A stretch of DNA of 64,000 bases from Nitrospirales bacterium (GCA_965203295.1 CBDBCZ010000013.1:640001-704000); one strand, 5' to 3'. Shown: positions 24,740-35,718, counted from the stretch's first letter. Translations and numbers: made by a program. Notes: a model not told the origin generated them from the letters alone.

Positions 24740-25466
24740 GATCTAAAACTTTTGTGTTCTGGAACCCAACTTATCACATCCCTTGGGATTCTCACTAATC
24801 AGAGGAGGTACGTCAAGGTTTGAATTATGCATTACGTCATGCACGATTAATTGCGTTCTTTTAGCTATTACGCATGCGTACAAGTGCAGTTGGCGGCTAA
24901 AACCTCGATTTTCTCGCTATTTTGCCCGGAGCTCAGAGGGGCTCAGCCGCTCAAAAGGCTTACTTTTGAAGGCAAAATCATGGACCTAAAGATCGGGCTG
25001 AACTGCAAGAGTATAGCTATCGGTAAGCCACTCGCCAGAAGTACGGTAGATGCCTACAGTGTTGGTAGAAAGTATTGACTGTTCATTTATAGCAGTCACT
25101 AGCTGGAATACCTCTCGAAAAAGTAACGCACAAACGCACAGATCCTTTCTTCCAAATAAAATATACTTACTGGTCATGTGACTAGTTGCCTCTTAGCACG
25201 TGATGCTGGCCTCTGCTCACTAACGATAGCCTACGCGCATGTCCCTTGATGGTTTTGGTTTAATAAGTTACTCCATGCTCATACCATATTTATGCTGCCA
25301 TTGATGTCTTAGCACATGTTCATTGAATAGGTACATGTATGGTGTATGATAGTAGCTAGCTATATGTGAGATATGAGCACATTTTTTCTCACACACACAT
25401 CTATATTAAAGACGTCACATAACACACAAGGACACAAAACAAATTATAAATAGGCAGCAGCATGAG

Positions 25467-25859
25467 TAGTCTCGGCCCCAGACCCTCTCTGCACTCATAA
25501 AAAAAAAAAAGAAGGAAAGTGCCAGAAGAGGATCTGGTGCAGTTGATACAGAAGGCCTCCATGGGATGTAGCTTATATGGCTCACTGTGGGTGAGAGAAT
25601 TGAGGCGGGAAGTTCCAAAGTTAAGTGAGTGCTAAAAACTTGTGTAAACAGTGCAAAGCTATATCCACAGCGGTGTGTGAGAAGTGGGAAGCGTGAATAT
25701 TCCAAACGTCATTAGTTCCCGATCAACCAATCAGATTCGACCCTCTGAAATTCCGCGGACTGCAAATTATTCCGTATCAACTGCACCAGACCCTCTTCCG
25801 CACTTTCCTTTTTTTTTTTTTTTTTTTGCGAGTGCAGGGAGGGTCTGGGGCCGAGACTA
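25467..25859. mobile_element. MITE with long (~80-bp) TIRs and 9-bp TSD (Mutator-like by TSD length)
   Basis: tagtctcggccccagaccctc ... gagggtctggggccgagacta; CAGCATGAG at 25458-25466 and 25860-25868. Confidence 0.85.
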
Positions 25860-25922
25860 CAGCATGAGCAGAAATGAGCAGAAGTGAGCAAAAGTGGGCT
25901 GTGAATGTGTTCTGGTTAGATT

Positions 25923-26138
25923 TGTAATGGACATAACTGACCATTCTTATACCTTACAATGATTGACCATTCAACTGACAATGCACTTGTACTAGACTGT
26001 CCTCTGGTTGTGTCTACCTGTATGCACCTGCAAAATATGACTATAAATACCGACTGTATTTCATGATATTGATGATCCTCGCTGAGTTGCTATACGAAGT
26101 GCTGCCGTGGCGCGGGATGGTGCGCAGAGTCCTTTACA
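25923..26138 (+). repeat. 5' LTR
   Basis: Direct repeat of 34253-34468; TATA-like ctataaata at about 26041. Confidence 0.95.
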
Positions 26139-26140
26139 AG

Positions 26141-26158
26141 TGGGGGCTTGTCCGGGAT
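26141..26158 (+). promoter_or_regulatory. Primer-binding site, tRNA-Pro type
   Basis: TGGGGGCTTGTCCGGGAT 2 nt after the LTR; one mismatch from the classic tRNA-Pro PBS TGGGGGCTCGTCCGGGAT. Confidence 0.85.
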
Positions 26159-26172
26159 ACGAAGGCGCGCTA

Positions 26173-29100
26173 ATGGCGACGAAGCAGCAGCTGAAGTCAC
26201 AGCTAGACTCTCTGCGGAGCGAGAACCAGCGGTTGGAGGAGCTGGTGGATGACTTGCGCACGGAAAATCCCGAGCGAATGCGGATGGCCGAGATAGTTGA
26301 CAGAATGGAAGAGAGAGCAAATACGGCAGAAATGGAAGTCAAGCGATTGAGAGAAGAACAGTCGCACGAAGAGTTGGAGCGACTCCGAGCTATGGCGGCG
26401 CAACAAGCCAAATGGGAAGCCAGGGAGCAGCGTCTGGAGGCCCAATTAGTTGCGACCGAGCGCCGAGTACAGGAAATGTCTGACCGTACTGTTCGGCGGG
26501 ATTGGGAAACCGAGGAGCTGGCCCATACACCCGAGCTGCAGCCACCCGCGGATGACCTGCCTAGGAGAGAGCCTGAATACGAACTCCTGCAGCCCAGGGA
26601 AGGACCACTGCACTGTGATGAAAGGAAGTCTCCACCACCCCTGGTTCACTACCAGACGCCTGGTCTACGGAGAGAGCTGGAGCAGTTCCCACAGACGGCA
26701 GCTGGAGTTCCGGTCACAGCGCAGCAGATGCCTGGTCTACGGAGAGAACTGGAGCAGTTCCCACAGACGGCAGCTGGAGTTCCGGTCACAGCGCAGCAGA
26801 TGCCTGGTCTACGGAGAGAACTGGAGCAGTTCCCACAGACGGCAGCTGGAGTTCCGGTCACAGGGCAGCAGATGCCTGGTCTACGGAGAGAACTGGAGCA
26901 GTTCCCACAGACGGCAGCTGGAGTTCCGGTCACGGGGCAGCAGATGCCTGGTCTACGGAGAGAACTGGAGCAGTTCCCACAGACGGCAGCTGGAGTTCCG
27001 GTCACAGGGCAGCAGATGCCTGGTCTACGGAGTGAACTGGAGCAGTTCCCACAGACGGCAGCTGGAGTTCCGGTCACAGCGCAGCAGATGCCTGGTCTAC
27101 GGAGAGAACTGGAGCAGTTCCCACAGACGGCAGCTGGAGTTCCGGTCACAGCGCAGCAGATGCCTGGTCTACGGAGAGAACTGGAGCAGTTCCCACAGAC
27201 GGCAGCTGGAGTTCCGGTCACAGGGCAGCAGATGCCTGGTCTACGGAGAGAACTGGAGCAGTTCCCACAGACGGCAGCTGGAGTTCCGGTCACAGGGCAG
27301 CAGATGCCTGGTCTACGGAGAGAACTGGAGCAGTTCCCACAGACGGCAGCTGGAGTTCCGGTCACGGGGCAGCAGATGCCTGGTCTACGGAGAGAACTGG
27401 AGCAGTTCCCACAGACGGCAGCTGGAGTTCCGGTCACAGGGCAGCAGATGCCTGGTCTACGGAGTGAACTGGAGCAGTTCCCACAGACGGCAGCTGGAGT
27501 TCCGGTCACAGCGCAGCAGAAGCCTGGTCTACGGAGAGAACTGGAGCAGTTCCCACAGACGGCAGCTGGAGTTCCGGTCACAGGGCAGCAGATGCCTGGT
27601 CTACGGAGAGAGCTGGAGCAGTTCCCTCAGACGGCAGCTGGAGTTCCGGTCACAGCGCAGCAGATGCCTGGTCTACGGAGAGAGCTGGAGCAGTTCCCAC
27701 AGACGGCAGCTGGAGTTCCGGTCACAGCGCAGCAGATGCCTGGTCTACGGAGAGAGCTGGAGCAGTTCCCTCAGACGGCAGCTGGAGTTCCGGTCACAGC
27801 GCAGCAGATGCCTGGTCTACGGAGAGAACTGGAGCAGTTCCCACAGACGGCAGCTGGAGTTCCGGTCACAGGGCAGCAGATGCCTGGTCTACGGAGAGAG
27901 CTGGAGCAGATCGCACAGACGGCAGCTGGAGTTCCGGTCACAGCGCAGCAGATGCCTGGTCTACGGAGAGAGCTGGAGCAGTTCCCACAGACGGCAGCTG
28001 GAGTTCCGGTCACGGCGCAGCAGATGCCTGGTCTACGGAGAGAACTGGAGCAGTTCCCACAGACGGCAGCTGGAGTTCCGGTCACAGGGCAGCAGATGCC
28101 TGGTCTACGGAGAGAACTGGAGCAGTTCCCACAGACGGCTGCCGGGGACCGTGTGAGGATGGCACCTGCACAGGGGTCAGGACCGCTACAGAGAGGAGCA
28201 AAGCCCATGGTACCCACATGCAACTACATGTGTCTCTATGGTGAAGCCACCACATCCGACCGCTGGCCTACCTCTACAGTACCGCTAACGGCGACTCCTA
28301 TAGTTACCCCATCAGTGATCACTAGTACGGCGGTGCCCTTGCCTGTGACTTCCCCTCAAACACCTAATCAGCCTCGAGGAGAGCAACTGGGCCAGTCTCA
28401 GCCGAAATGCGAATTAACTGCAGCACTGGGGAACCTAACCCAACAGTTACCCCCTCTACCGATGTTCTCTGGAGATGACCCAGTACGTGACAGTGGAACA
28501 TTCCAAGAATGGTTGGATCAGTTTGAAATGGTTGGAGAATTGGCCCAGTGGAGCGATGGGGTCAAATTAAAGCAGCTGGTCCTAAGATTACGTGGATCAG
28601 CACGAGCATTTTATCGAACCCTTACAGAAGAGCAGAAGTGGAACTACCAGAGTTTGGTACAAGAACTGAAGAACCGTTTCACCCCTGTGCGAATCCAGGC
28701 TCTTGAGAGCAGTATCTTCCGCGAGAGAAGACAGAAGGTGGAAGAATCAGTTGACGCATATGCTCAAGATCTGCAACAACTGTTTCAAAAGGCATATCCC
28801 ACGGCTCTACAGGGAAGTGAAGATGCCCGAGTAATGGGCCAGTCAGTTCTGAGTAACCAGCTGATTGCAGGCCTGCTCCCAGAGCTGAAACGCAAGATCG
28901 CTTACATTGAGGGAGCCACTTTCTCAGAGCTGTGGCAGAAGGCCCGCTTCGAGGAAGCACGACTACTTGATCTGGCCAGGACTGGAACTAGGCCTGCTGC
29001 CATGCCATGGAAGCAACGGTTTCCCCGAGATGATGCACCGAAGCAAGAACAGTGGAAGCAACAGCCACCTCAGGGTAACTTACAAAGGCAGGAAAGATCA

Positions 29101-32100
29101 TCACTAAGCCTGGCAGGAGGACGTACTGGTGATGGGCAAAGAAGAAACCCTCAGTTTGTCAAGTGTTACAATTGTAACAGGACTGGACACCTTGCAAGAG
29201 ACTGCCGCTCTGTCAGACCGGTGGGGGAAGCACCAGCTCGCACTCAAAACCCGAAAGCCAGTAACTGGAATGCTGCAACTCGGGCAGCAGCTGTTGTGTC
29301 TGTTCCCGGTGAATGCCAATCCCGTGGCGAAGAGGAACCTCTCAAGTGGATGTACGAAATGTATGGATTACTACACACAGATGCCCCTCCTGCTGACTCT
29401 TGCCTCCGGTTGGGACCTACTCTAACTCTTCCCCTAGAGCTAGATGGTATCCCTGTACAGGCCCTGGTTGACACAGGATGCCCTGCTACAATTATTTCCA
29501 GAGAGATATGCCGGAAGATTCTGGACAAGGAACGAGAAGAAGCTGAACCATTGACCTCAGAGCAGTGGAAGGAGAAAGCTGCCAAACGTCTGCGACAGCC
29601 TGGTCTGCTGCTGAAGGCATATTGTGGAACTGAGCTGAATATAGGAGCGGAAATTGCAGTCCACGTGGCTACCCCACACCATGCAGTTAACAGAGTTGTG
29701 CTGGTGCAGAAGGATACCCCAGTCCACATGCTCTTGGGAACCGATCTGATGTCTGCCCTGGGAATCAGAGTCCTTGACAGCAATGGCCAATCCCTACTTG
29801 TTCCACTCATGGAGCAGCCTCAACCAGTCGGAGCCGTGAAGCAGCCTCAACCAGTCCAAGTTGTGGAGCAGCCTCAACCAGTCGGAGTCGTGGAGCAGCC
29901 TCAACCAGTCCAAGTTGTGGAGCAGCCTCAACCAGTCGGAGTCGTGGAGCAGCCTCAACCAGTCGGAGCCGCGGAGCAGCCTCAACCAGTCGGAGTCGTG
30001 GAGCAGCCTCAACCAGTCGGAGCCGCGGAGCAGCCTCAACCAGTCCAAGTTGTGGAGCAGCCTCAACCAGTCGGAGCCGCGGAGCAGCCTCAACCAGTCG
30101 GAGTCGTGGAGCAGCCTCAACCAGTCGGAGCCGCGGAGCAGCCTCAACCAGTCGGAGCCGCGGAGCAGCCTCAACCAGTCGGAGTCGTGGAGCAGCCTCA
30201 ACCAGTCGGAGCCGCGGAGCAGCCTCAACCAGTCCAAGTTGTGGAGCAGCCTCAACCAGTCGGAGCCGCGGAGCAGCCTCAACCAGTCGGAGCCGCGGAG
30301 CAGCCTCAACCAGTCGGAGTCGTGGAGCAGCCTCAACCAGTCGGAGTCGTGGAGCAGCCTCAACCAGTCCGAGTTATGGAGCAGCCTCCACCAGTTGTGG
30401 AGCAGCCTCAACCAGTCCGAGTCGTGGAGCAGCCTCAACCAGTCCAAGTCGTGGAGCAGCCTCAACCGGTCCGAATTGTAGAGCAGCTTCAACCAGTCCA
30501 AGTTGTGGAGCAGCCTCCACCAGTTGTGGAGCAGCCTCAACCAGTCCGAGTTGTGGAGCAGCCTCAACCAGTCGGAGCCGCGGAGCAGCCTCAACCAGTC
30601 CAAGTTGTGGAGCAGCCTCAACCAGTCCGAGTGGTCACAGGTGCTCTGCAGCCAGCAGTTGATGGTACTTCGCGTGGGATGAAGTCCCTATCCCCATGTC
30701 TTAAGATTGGAAATAGAAGATATTCCGTCCATGGATACTCAGAGGATGGACAAGGTCCTGGAAGCACCCAGAGTTCTTCTGCTACTGGGTCTGAGGCAAA
30801 GTCACCTGGCACAAAACGAATACCTGTGCATTTGATTCGAGCCTGTAAGCTACCAGGACGTTGTGGAAAATTACTGAAAGCAAAACTGAAAAGGAACACT
30901 TCTGTCTCTTCCTTCGAATGGCTGTTTGAACCCAAAGCAGGACTACACAACAATGCCCTCAAGATTGCTGATGCAGTTGTCATGCCTGAAAATGAATGTT
31001 TCCTGTTGCCAGTCTGCAATTCCTCTGGAACACCGACTTGGTTAAAGAGTGGGCAAGTCCTCGGCTGGCTACAGCCAGCAGATGTTATTGACAGTGAAGA
31101 CAATGTCATGGAAGTGGATGAAAAGCCTGATGATGAGGCAGTTGGTGATGAAGACAGAACACGGGCTGATCGAACAGACGATGAAGCAGCCCATGAAATA
31201 AACGCTGAAACTCAGGACATAGACTCAACTGGCTTGGTCAACACAAGTTCAAGAGTTGCTTGCCTGAAATCAATGTTGCAGCTGGACCAGTCAGAGATAG
31301 GTCCCCAAGAGCGAGAAACCCTGGAAGCCTTCCTGGTTCAGAATGCGGATGTCTTTGCACTCAGCAATAAAGAATTGGGATGCACAGATGTTGTCACTCA
31401 TTGCATTGACACTGGAGACCACAAACCACTCCACCAAGCTCCTCATCGTACCCCTTTTGCTCTACGTAGTCATGTGGATACAATGGTCCAAGAAATGTTA
31501 GATCAAGATGTCATTCAGCCAACATCCAGCCCTTGGGCTAGCCCGATAGTCCTTGTCAAGAAGAAAGATGGCTCCATGAGGTTTTGTGTGGACTATCGCC
31601 GCCTCAATTCTATCACTAAATTGGATGTCTATCCACTTCCCAGAATTGACGACACGCTTGATGTCTTGGCTGGAGCCCGTTTCTTTACAACATTGGATTT
31701 AGCTTCCGGTTATTGGCAAGTCACAGTCGATCCGGCTGCAAGAGAGAAGACTGCCTTTGTTACACATTCAGGGTTGTATGAATTTAAGGTCATGCCATTT
31801 GGCCTATGTAACGCTCCAGCAACCTTTCAACGCCTCATGGAAATTGTCCTTGCAGGCCTAACTCGCAACCAATGTTTCGTCTACTTGGACGATATCCTGA
31901 TCGTTTCTCGTTCCTGGGATGAACATCTTGAAAACCTCCACCTCGTGTTTGACCGTCTACGAAGTGCTGGGCTACGACTAAAACCAAAGAAATGCACATT
32001 TGCCCGACGGAAGGCCTTATACCTTGGACACATAATATCAGAGCGAGGAATTGAAGTGGACCCAGACAAAGTTGAGAAAGTGAGAGAGTATCCTACACCA

Positions 32101-34257
32101 GGAAATCTGAAGACACTCCAACAATTTTTGGGATTAGCCTCGTATTATCGTCGGTTTATCACAAACTTTTCCAAAATTGCTAACCCTTTACACTGTCTCA
32201 CCCGAAAGGATGCACCTTTCATCTGGTCTGACTCCTGTCAGGAGTCGTTCGATACGCTGAAGCAGATGTTGACCTCCGCCCCAGTGCTAGCCTATCCCAA
32301 CTTCCAGCAACCGTTCATTCTAGAGACTGATGCATCAGGATTTGGACTCGGTGCTGTCCTGGCGCAGAAACAAGAGGATGGCTCCATGCATCCAATCGCT
32401 TATGCTAGTCGAGGGCTGCAGAAACATGAGCGAAACTACAGTATCAGTGAGCTGGAGGCCTTGGCCGTTGTATGGGCAACCAAGCACTTTCACGTGTATC
32501 TCTACGGCCACCACTGTACCGTGTTTACTGACCACAGTGCACTGAAGTCTCTGCTGAATACGCCTCACCCATCTGGAAAATTGGCACGTTGGGGCTTAGC
32601 CTTACAGGAACTTGATTTGGATATCCAATACCGCTCCGGAAAGACAAACGGAAATGCAGACGTGCTTTCCCGATTGCCTGTACTGGATCAACCTGCTGCT
32701 GAGATTAATCACAAAGCCATACCTCCACCAGGGGAGCATACCACTACTGAGCCTGACCCCAAAGCTCCAAATCACCTGATGGCTAAGCTGGAAGCAGAGC
32801 CAGTGACTGAAGAAGCAGAAGCACCAACTGATGAATGGCAGAAATTACAACGAGAAGATGATGAATATCATTCAATCATTGCATACCTCGAAAGTAATGC
32901 TCTACCCACTGATGCCAAGTTGTCAAGGAAACTTGTGTTAACCACATCACATTTCTCCCTCCTGGATGGTGTCCTTTACCATGTCCAGACAGATGGCTCC
33001 TTAATGTTAGCTGTCCCAGAAGCACTCCGCTACAAACTGTTCAAAGAAGCCCATGGAGGAGTATTCTCTGGACACCTGCGAGAAGCTAAAATATACAGCC
33101 AGCTGAGGAAACATTACTGGTGGCCAGGAATGCGCTCAGATGTTAGGAAATGGTGCAAAGCATGTCTAGTGTGTGCAACACGCCAAATAGGACATGCTAC
33201 AAAACTCCCTCTTTGTCCAATTCCTGTGACAGGACCTTTTGACTGTGTTGGTGTGGATGTCCTGCAACTACCACGCACCCTCAAAGGCAACCAGTATGCG
33301 GTGGTGTTTGTAGATTATCTCACTAAATGGCCTGAAGTGTTTCCTACACCTGACCAAACTGCAGAGACAATCGCCAACCTGTTTGTTAGAGAGATCATCA
33401 GTCGCCATGGTGTTCCTGCCAAACTACTGTCTGATAGAGGCACCAATTTTCTGTCTGAATTGATGCTGGAGATATGCAAGCTAATGGGAACAGAAAAAGT
33501 CAATACTTCATCTTACCACCCACAAACAGACGGACTTGTTGAAAGATTTAACAGGACACTAACCTCAATGTTGGCTAAGACAGTCGAAAAAGACGAACGG
33601 AACTGGGACCACAGACTCCCCTATGTCCTGTTTGCTTACAGGACAAGCTTACAGGAGTCCACTCGAGAATCACCCTTTCACTTGCTGTATGGACGTGATG
33701 CCAGACTACCCACTGAAGCTGCATTGAGTCATCCTCGTACATGTTATCAAGTAGACCTTGAGGACTACAGGGCTGATCTGGTGGCAAACCTGTCAGATGC
33801 CTGGGGACTAGCTCGACAGAATGTCCAGCGGGCTCAAAAGCGGCAAAAATACCAACATGACCGTCAGGCCAGGAGTCACAAGTATCAAGTTGGTGACCGA
33901 GTGTTCATCTACCAACCTAGTGCGGTCCAGGGAAAGACCAGAAAGTTTGCTCGACCATTCCATGGACCTTATCGAATACTGGAATTGACACCCACTAATG
34001 CCAGCGTCCGTCCAGTTGATAAACCTGGAGAAGCTCCCATCTTCGTCTCTCTTGATAGAGTTCGTGACTGTCCACACGAAATTCCTGACCAGTCCTGGTT
34101 GGGCACTGCCAAAAGAAAGCCCCGGGCCAAGCGAAAACGACAACAAGCTAAGGAATCTCAGCTACCAGCTACGACTTCACCAGAAGTGGAAACACAAGCA
34201 GCTTGGTCTGGTCGACTTCGTCCGAGGGCGTCCGAAAAGCAGCCCAGGGAGATGTAA
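26173..34257 (+). CDS. Single-frame Gag-Pol polyprotein (~2694 aa from the first ATG after the PBS)
   Basis: Coiled-coil N-terminus, capsid-like region, CCHC knuckle CYNCNRTGHLARDC, protease LVDTG, RT (CVDYRRLN, MPFGL, YLDD), RNase H (ETDAS, ELEA, TDH), integrase HHCC + D,D,E core (SDRGTNF, TDGLVER), GPY motif. No stops or frameshifts. Confidence 0.95.
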   Translation: MATKQQLKSQLDSLRSENQRLEELVDDLRTENPERMRMAEIVDRMEERANTAEMEVKRLREEQSHEELERLRAMAAQQAKWEAREQRLEAQLVATERRVQEMSDRTVRRDWETEELAHTPELQPPADDLPRREPEYELLQPREGPLHCDERKSPPPLVHYQTPGLRRELEQFPQTAAGVPVTAQQMPGLRRELEQFPQTAAGVPVTAQQMPGLRRELEQFPQTAAGVPVTGQQMPGLRRELEQFPQTAAGVPVTGQQMPGLRRELEQFPQTAAGVPVTGQQMPGLRSELEQFPQTAAGVPVTAQQMPGLRRELEQFPQTAAGVPVTAQQMPGLRRELEQFPQTAAGVPVTGQQMPGLRRELEQFPQTAAGVPVTGQQMPGLRRELEQFPQTAAGVPVTGQQMPGLRRELEQFPQTAAGVPVTGQQMPGLRSELEQFPQTAAGVPVTAQQKPGLRRELEQFPQTAAGVPVTGQQMPGLRRELEQFPQTAAGVPVTAQQMPGLRRELEQFPQTAAGVPVTAQQMPGLRRELEQFPQTAAGVPVTAQQMPGLRRELEQFPQTAAGVPVTGQQMPGLRRELEQIAQTAAGVPVTAQQMPGLRRELEQFPQTAAGVPVTAQQMPGLRRELEQFPQTAAGVPVTGQQMPGLRRELEQFPQTAAGDRVRMAPAQGSGPLQRGAKPMVPTCNYMCLYGEATTSDRWPTSTVPLTATPIVTPSVITSTAVPLPVTSPQTPNQPRGEQLGQSQPKCELTAALGNLTQQLPPLPMFSGDDPVRDSGTFQEWLDQFEMVGELAQWSDGVKLKQLVLRLRGSARAFYRTLTEEQKWNYQSLVQELKNRFTPVRIQALESSIFRERRQKVEESVDAYAQDLQQLFQKAYPTALQGSEDARVMGQSVLSNQLIAGLLPELKRKIAYIEGATFSELWQKARFEEARLLDLARTGTRPAAMPWKQRFPRDDAPKQEQWKQQPPQGNLQRQERSSLSLAGGRTGDGQRRNPQFVKCYNCNRTGHLARDCRSVRPVGEAPARTQNPKASNWNAATRAAAVVSVPGECQSRGEEEPLKWMYEMYGLLHTDAPPADSCLRLGPTLTLPLELDGIPVQALVDTGCPATIISREICRKILDKEREEAEPLTSEQWKEKAAKRLRQPGLLLKAYCGTELNIGAEIAVHVATPHHAVNRVVLVQKDTPVHMLLGTDLMSALGIRVLDSNGQSLLVPLMEQPQPVGAVKQPQPVQVVEQPQPVGVVEQPQPVQVVEQPQPVGVVEQPQPVGAAEQPQPVGVVEQPQPVGAAEQPQPVQVVEQPQPVGAAEQPQPVGVVEQPQPVGAAEQPQPVGAAEQPQPVGVVEQPQPVGAAEQPQPVQVVEQPQPVGAAEQPQPVGAAEQPQPVGVVEQPQPVGVVEQPQPVRVMEQPPPVVEQPQPVRVVEQPQPVQVVEQPQPVRIVEQLQPVQVVEQPPPVVEQPQPVRVVEQPQPVGAAEQPQPVQVVEQPQPVRVVTGALQPAVDGTSRGMKSLSPCLKIGNRRYSVHGYSEDGQGPGSTQSSSATGSEAKSPGTKRIPVHLIRACKLPGRCGKLLKAKLKRNTSVSSFEWLFEPKAGLHNNALKIADAVVMPENECFLLPVCNSSGTPTWLKSGQVLGWLQPADVIDSEDNVMEVDEKPDDEAVGDEDRTRADRTDDEAAHEINAETQDIDSTGLVNTSSRVACLKSMLQLDQSEIGPQERETLEAFLVQNADVFALSNKELGCTDVVTHCIDTGDHKPLHQAPHRTPFALRSHVDTMVQEMLDQDVIQPTSSPWASPIVLVKKKDGSMRFCVDYRRLNSITKLDVYPLPRIDDTLDVLAGARFFTTLDLASGYWQVTVDPAAREKTAFVTHSGLYEFKVMPFGLCNAPATFQRLMEIVLAGLTRNQCFVYLDDILIVSRSWDEHLENLHLVFDRLRSAGLRLKPKKCTFARRKALYLGHIISERGIEVDPDKVEKVREYPTPGNLKTLQQFLGLASYYRRFITNFSKIANPLHCLTRKDAPFIWSDSCQESFDTLKQMLTSAPVLAYPNFQQPFILETDASGFGLGAVLAQKQEDGSMHPIAYASRGLQKHERNYSISELEALAVVWATKHFHVYLYGHHCTVFTDHSALKSLLNTPHPSGKLARWGLALQELDLDIQYRSGKTNGNADVLSRLPVLDQPAAEINHKAIPPPGEHTTTEPDPKAPNHLMAKLEAEPVTEEAEAPTDEWQKLQREDDEYHSIIAYLESNALPTDAKLSRKLVLTTSHFSLLDGVLYHVQTDGSLMLAVPEALRYKLFKEAHGGVFSGHLREAKIYSQLRKHYWWPGMRSDVRKWCKACLVCATRQIGHATKLPLCPIPVTGPFDCVGVDVLQLPRTLKGNQYAVVFVDYLTKWPEVFPTPDQTAETIANLFVREIISRHGVPAKLLSDRGTNFLSELMLEICKLMGTEKVNTSSYHPQTDGLVERFNRTLTSMLAKTVEKDERNWDHRLPYVLFAYRTSLQESTRESPFHLLYGRDARLPTEAALSHPRTCYQVDLEDYRADLVANLSDAWGLARQNVQRAQKRQKYQHDRQARSHKYQVGDRVFIYQPSAVQGKTRKFARPFHGPYRILELTPTNASVRPVDKPGEAPIFVSLDRVRDCPHEIPDQSWLGTAKRKPRAKRKRQQAKESQLPATTSPEVETQAAWSGRLRPRASEKQPREM
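26659..28146 (+). repeat. In-frame 72-bp (24-aa) tandem array in gag, 20 full copies + 1 partial
   Basis: Unit PGLRRELEQFPQTAAGVPVT(A/G)QQM; starts at 26659 and 28099 are exactly 20 x 72 apart. Confidence 0.95.
29812..30636 (+). repeat. In-frame 27-bp (9-aa) tandem array after the protease, ~31 copies
   Basis: EQPQPV(GAA/GVV/QVV/RVV) units plus two 7-aa EQPPPVV variants. Confidence 0.95.
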
Positions 34258-34468
34258 TGGACATAACTGACCATTCTTATACCTTACAATGATTGACCAT
34301 TCAACTGACAATGCACTTGTACTAGACTGTCCTCTGGTTGTGTCTACCTGTATGCACCTGCAAAATATGACTATAAATACCGACTGTATTTCATGATATT
34401 GATGATCCTCGCTGAGTTGCTATACGAAGTGCTGCCGTGGCGCGGGATGGTGCGCAGAGTCCTTTACA
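34253..34468 (+). repeat. 3' LTR
   Basis: Direct repeat of the 5' LTR, preceded by purine-biased aaaagcagcccagggaga. Confidence 0.95.
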
Positions 34469-35718
34469 GATTAAATATCTGCAAACAAGCAAGTTGTATG
34501 TGTGTGAAGTATAATGCAGCAATCACATGTTTGATAAGGGTGCATTGTATAGGACAGATTACCATTTGTAGTGGATGAGATCAAAATCACTTAGTAGAAC
34601 TATAGTTGTACCATACCTAGCTCAAACTGACCAATGAGCTTACAGTATTCGAGGGAAATAATGGGTCATATTTCCCGCCGACGGATCAAAGAAACCATGG
34701 TCGTGGACTTGCCTGCTACCTTTGGACCTTTACCAGTCTTCGTATAGGCATGGTACAAGCCAGATATTACCCTGGCACTTGGGAAATATGACCGGTTGCT
34801 TCCCTTGAGAAAAGTTATTGCCTTCAAAGTGTCCTCGATCTCCACCCTCGGACACTCCTCAGACAATAACTTTTTCCCGCAGGAAATAACGGGTCATATT
34901 CATGCAAGGGTAATATCCTATACTTATACATGTAGAATATATGAAGAGAGCGGTGAAAAGAACACCTGTGATACATACACAGTTGTAAGCACAAAACTAG
35001 AATGTGAGATGGACTATATTGTAGTTTGGTAATTAAGGTGGACTCAGCAGAGGGAAAGAAGGGCTGCATGTGATATATTGTGTATCGTTCGTGAGATGAA
35101 TTATTGTAGTCTTGAAGTGAACAGACAGGAAGACAGGCAGTTGCATAAGATATACAAATCAATGGGGCACTACAGAAAAGAAACAATAACATATAATACG
35201 ACAAACACACAGTCCCAGATATATATGCATGCACTATACATTAAATTTGTATGGTTGCGTTTACTGTGTATCATCTTTACTATTATGTTAACTTTATATC
35301 GTCAATATTGTAGTGTATGTCTTGCAAGTAATCATAAGTGGCATCAGTGTCATTCTCAGTGGCCCAGGGTGTTAATGGTACTGCAAGCAGGGATCAGACT
35401 CCTCAATGTACTCACTTTTCTTTGCTTTCATTCTCTTCTCTTCTTCCATTCTCTTCACTTTCATTCTCTTTTTCGCATTCAGCTTCCTCACGTTCATTAA
35501 AATCCGGTATTACGTCCTGTTTGAGGGAAATTTGACGGCTGTGAGTTAAATGAATTCCATTCCAGGAATTTTTTTAATTTAGCACAAACAAAACTGAAAT
35601 TAATTTATTAGCTTGTGTAATATCAGAAAGAAAGTGTTTCAACTTCAGTGAAGAGAAGAACTATGTGAGACTATCACTCTTGGTGTGACTAGTGCAAGAA
35701 CAAAACCTCAACGGAGAA

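Larger units (their letters stand above)
25923..34468 (+). mobile_element. Full-length Ty3/Gypsy LTR retrotransposon, recent insertion
   Basis: TG...CA LTRs at 25923-26138 and 34253-34468 (216 bp, no difference seen by eye). 4-bp TSD GATT at 25919-25922 and 34469-34472. PBS present; PR-RT-RH-IN order. Confidence 0.97.

Noticed and set aside
26107..26172. Listed GTG start of the 2716-aa ORF
   Set aside because: It lies within the LTR/PBS; the ATG at 26173 is the more plausible start.
26659..28146. CRISPR-like appearance of the regular repeat array
   Set aside because: Units are contiguous with no unique spacers, lie in frame within gag, and there are no cas genes in this eukaryotic context.
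26450..28223. 568-aa alternative-frame ORF and antisense Cys-rich ORFs
   Set aside because: Expected by-products of a stop-free 72-bp repeat unit overlapping gag; no independent evidence of coding.
29794..30621. Antisense DWLRLL-repeat ORF and +1 frame WSSLNQS ORF
   Set aside because: Shadows of the 27-bp array.
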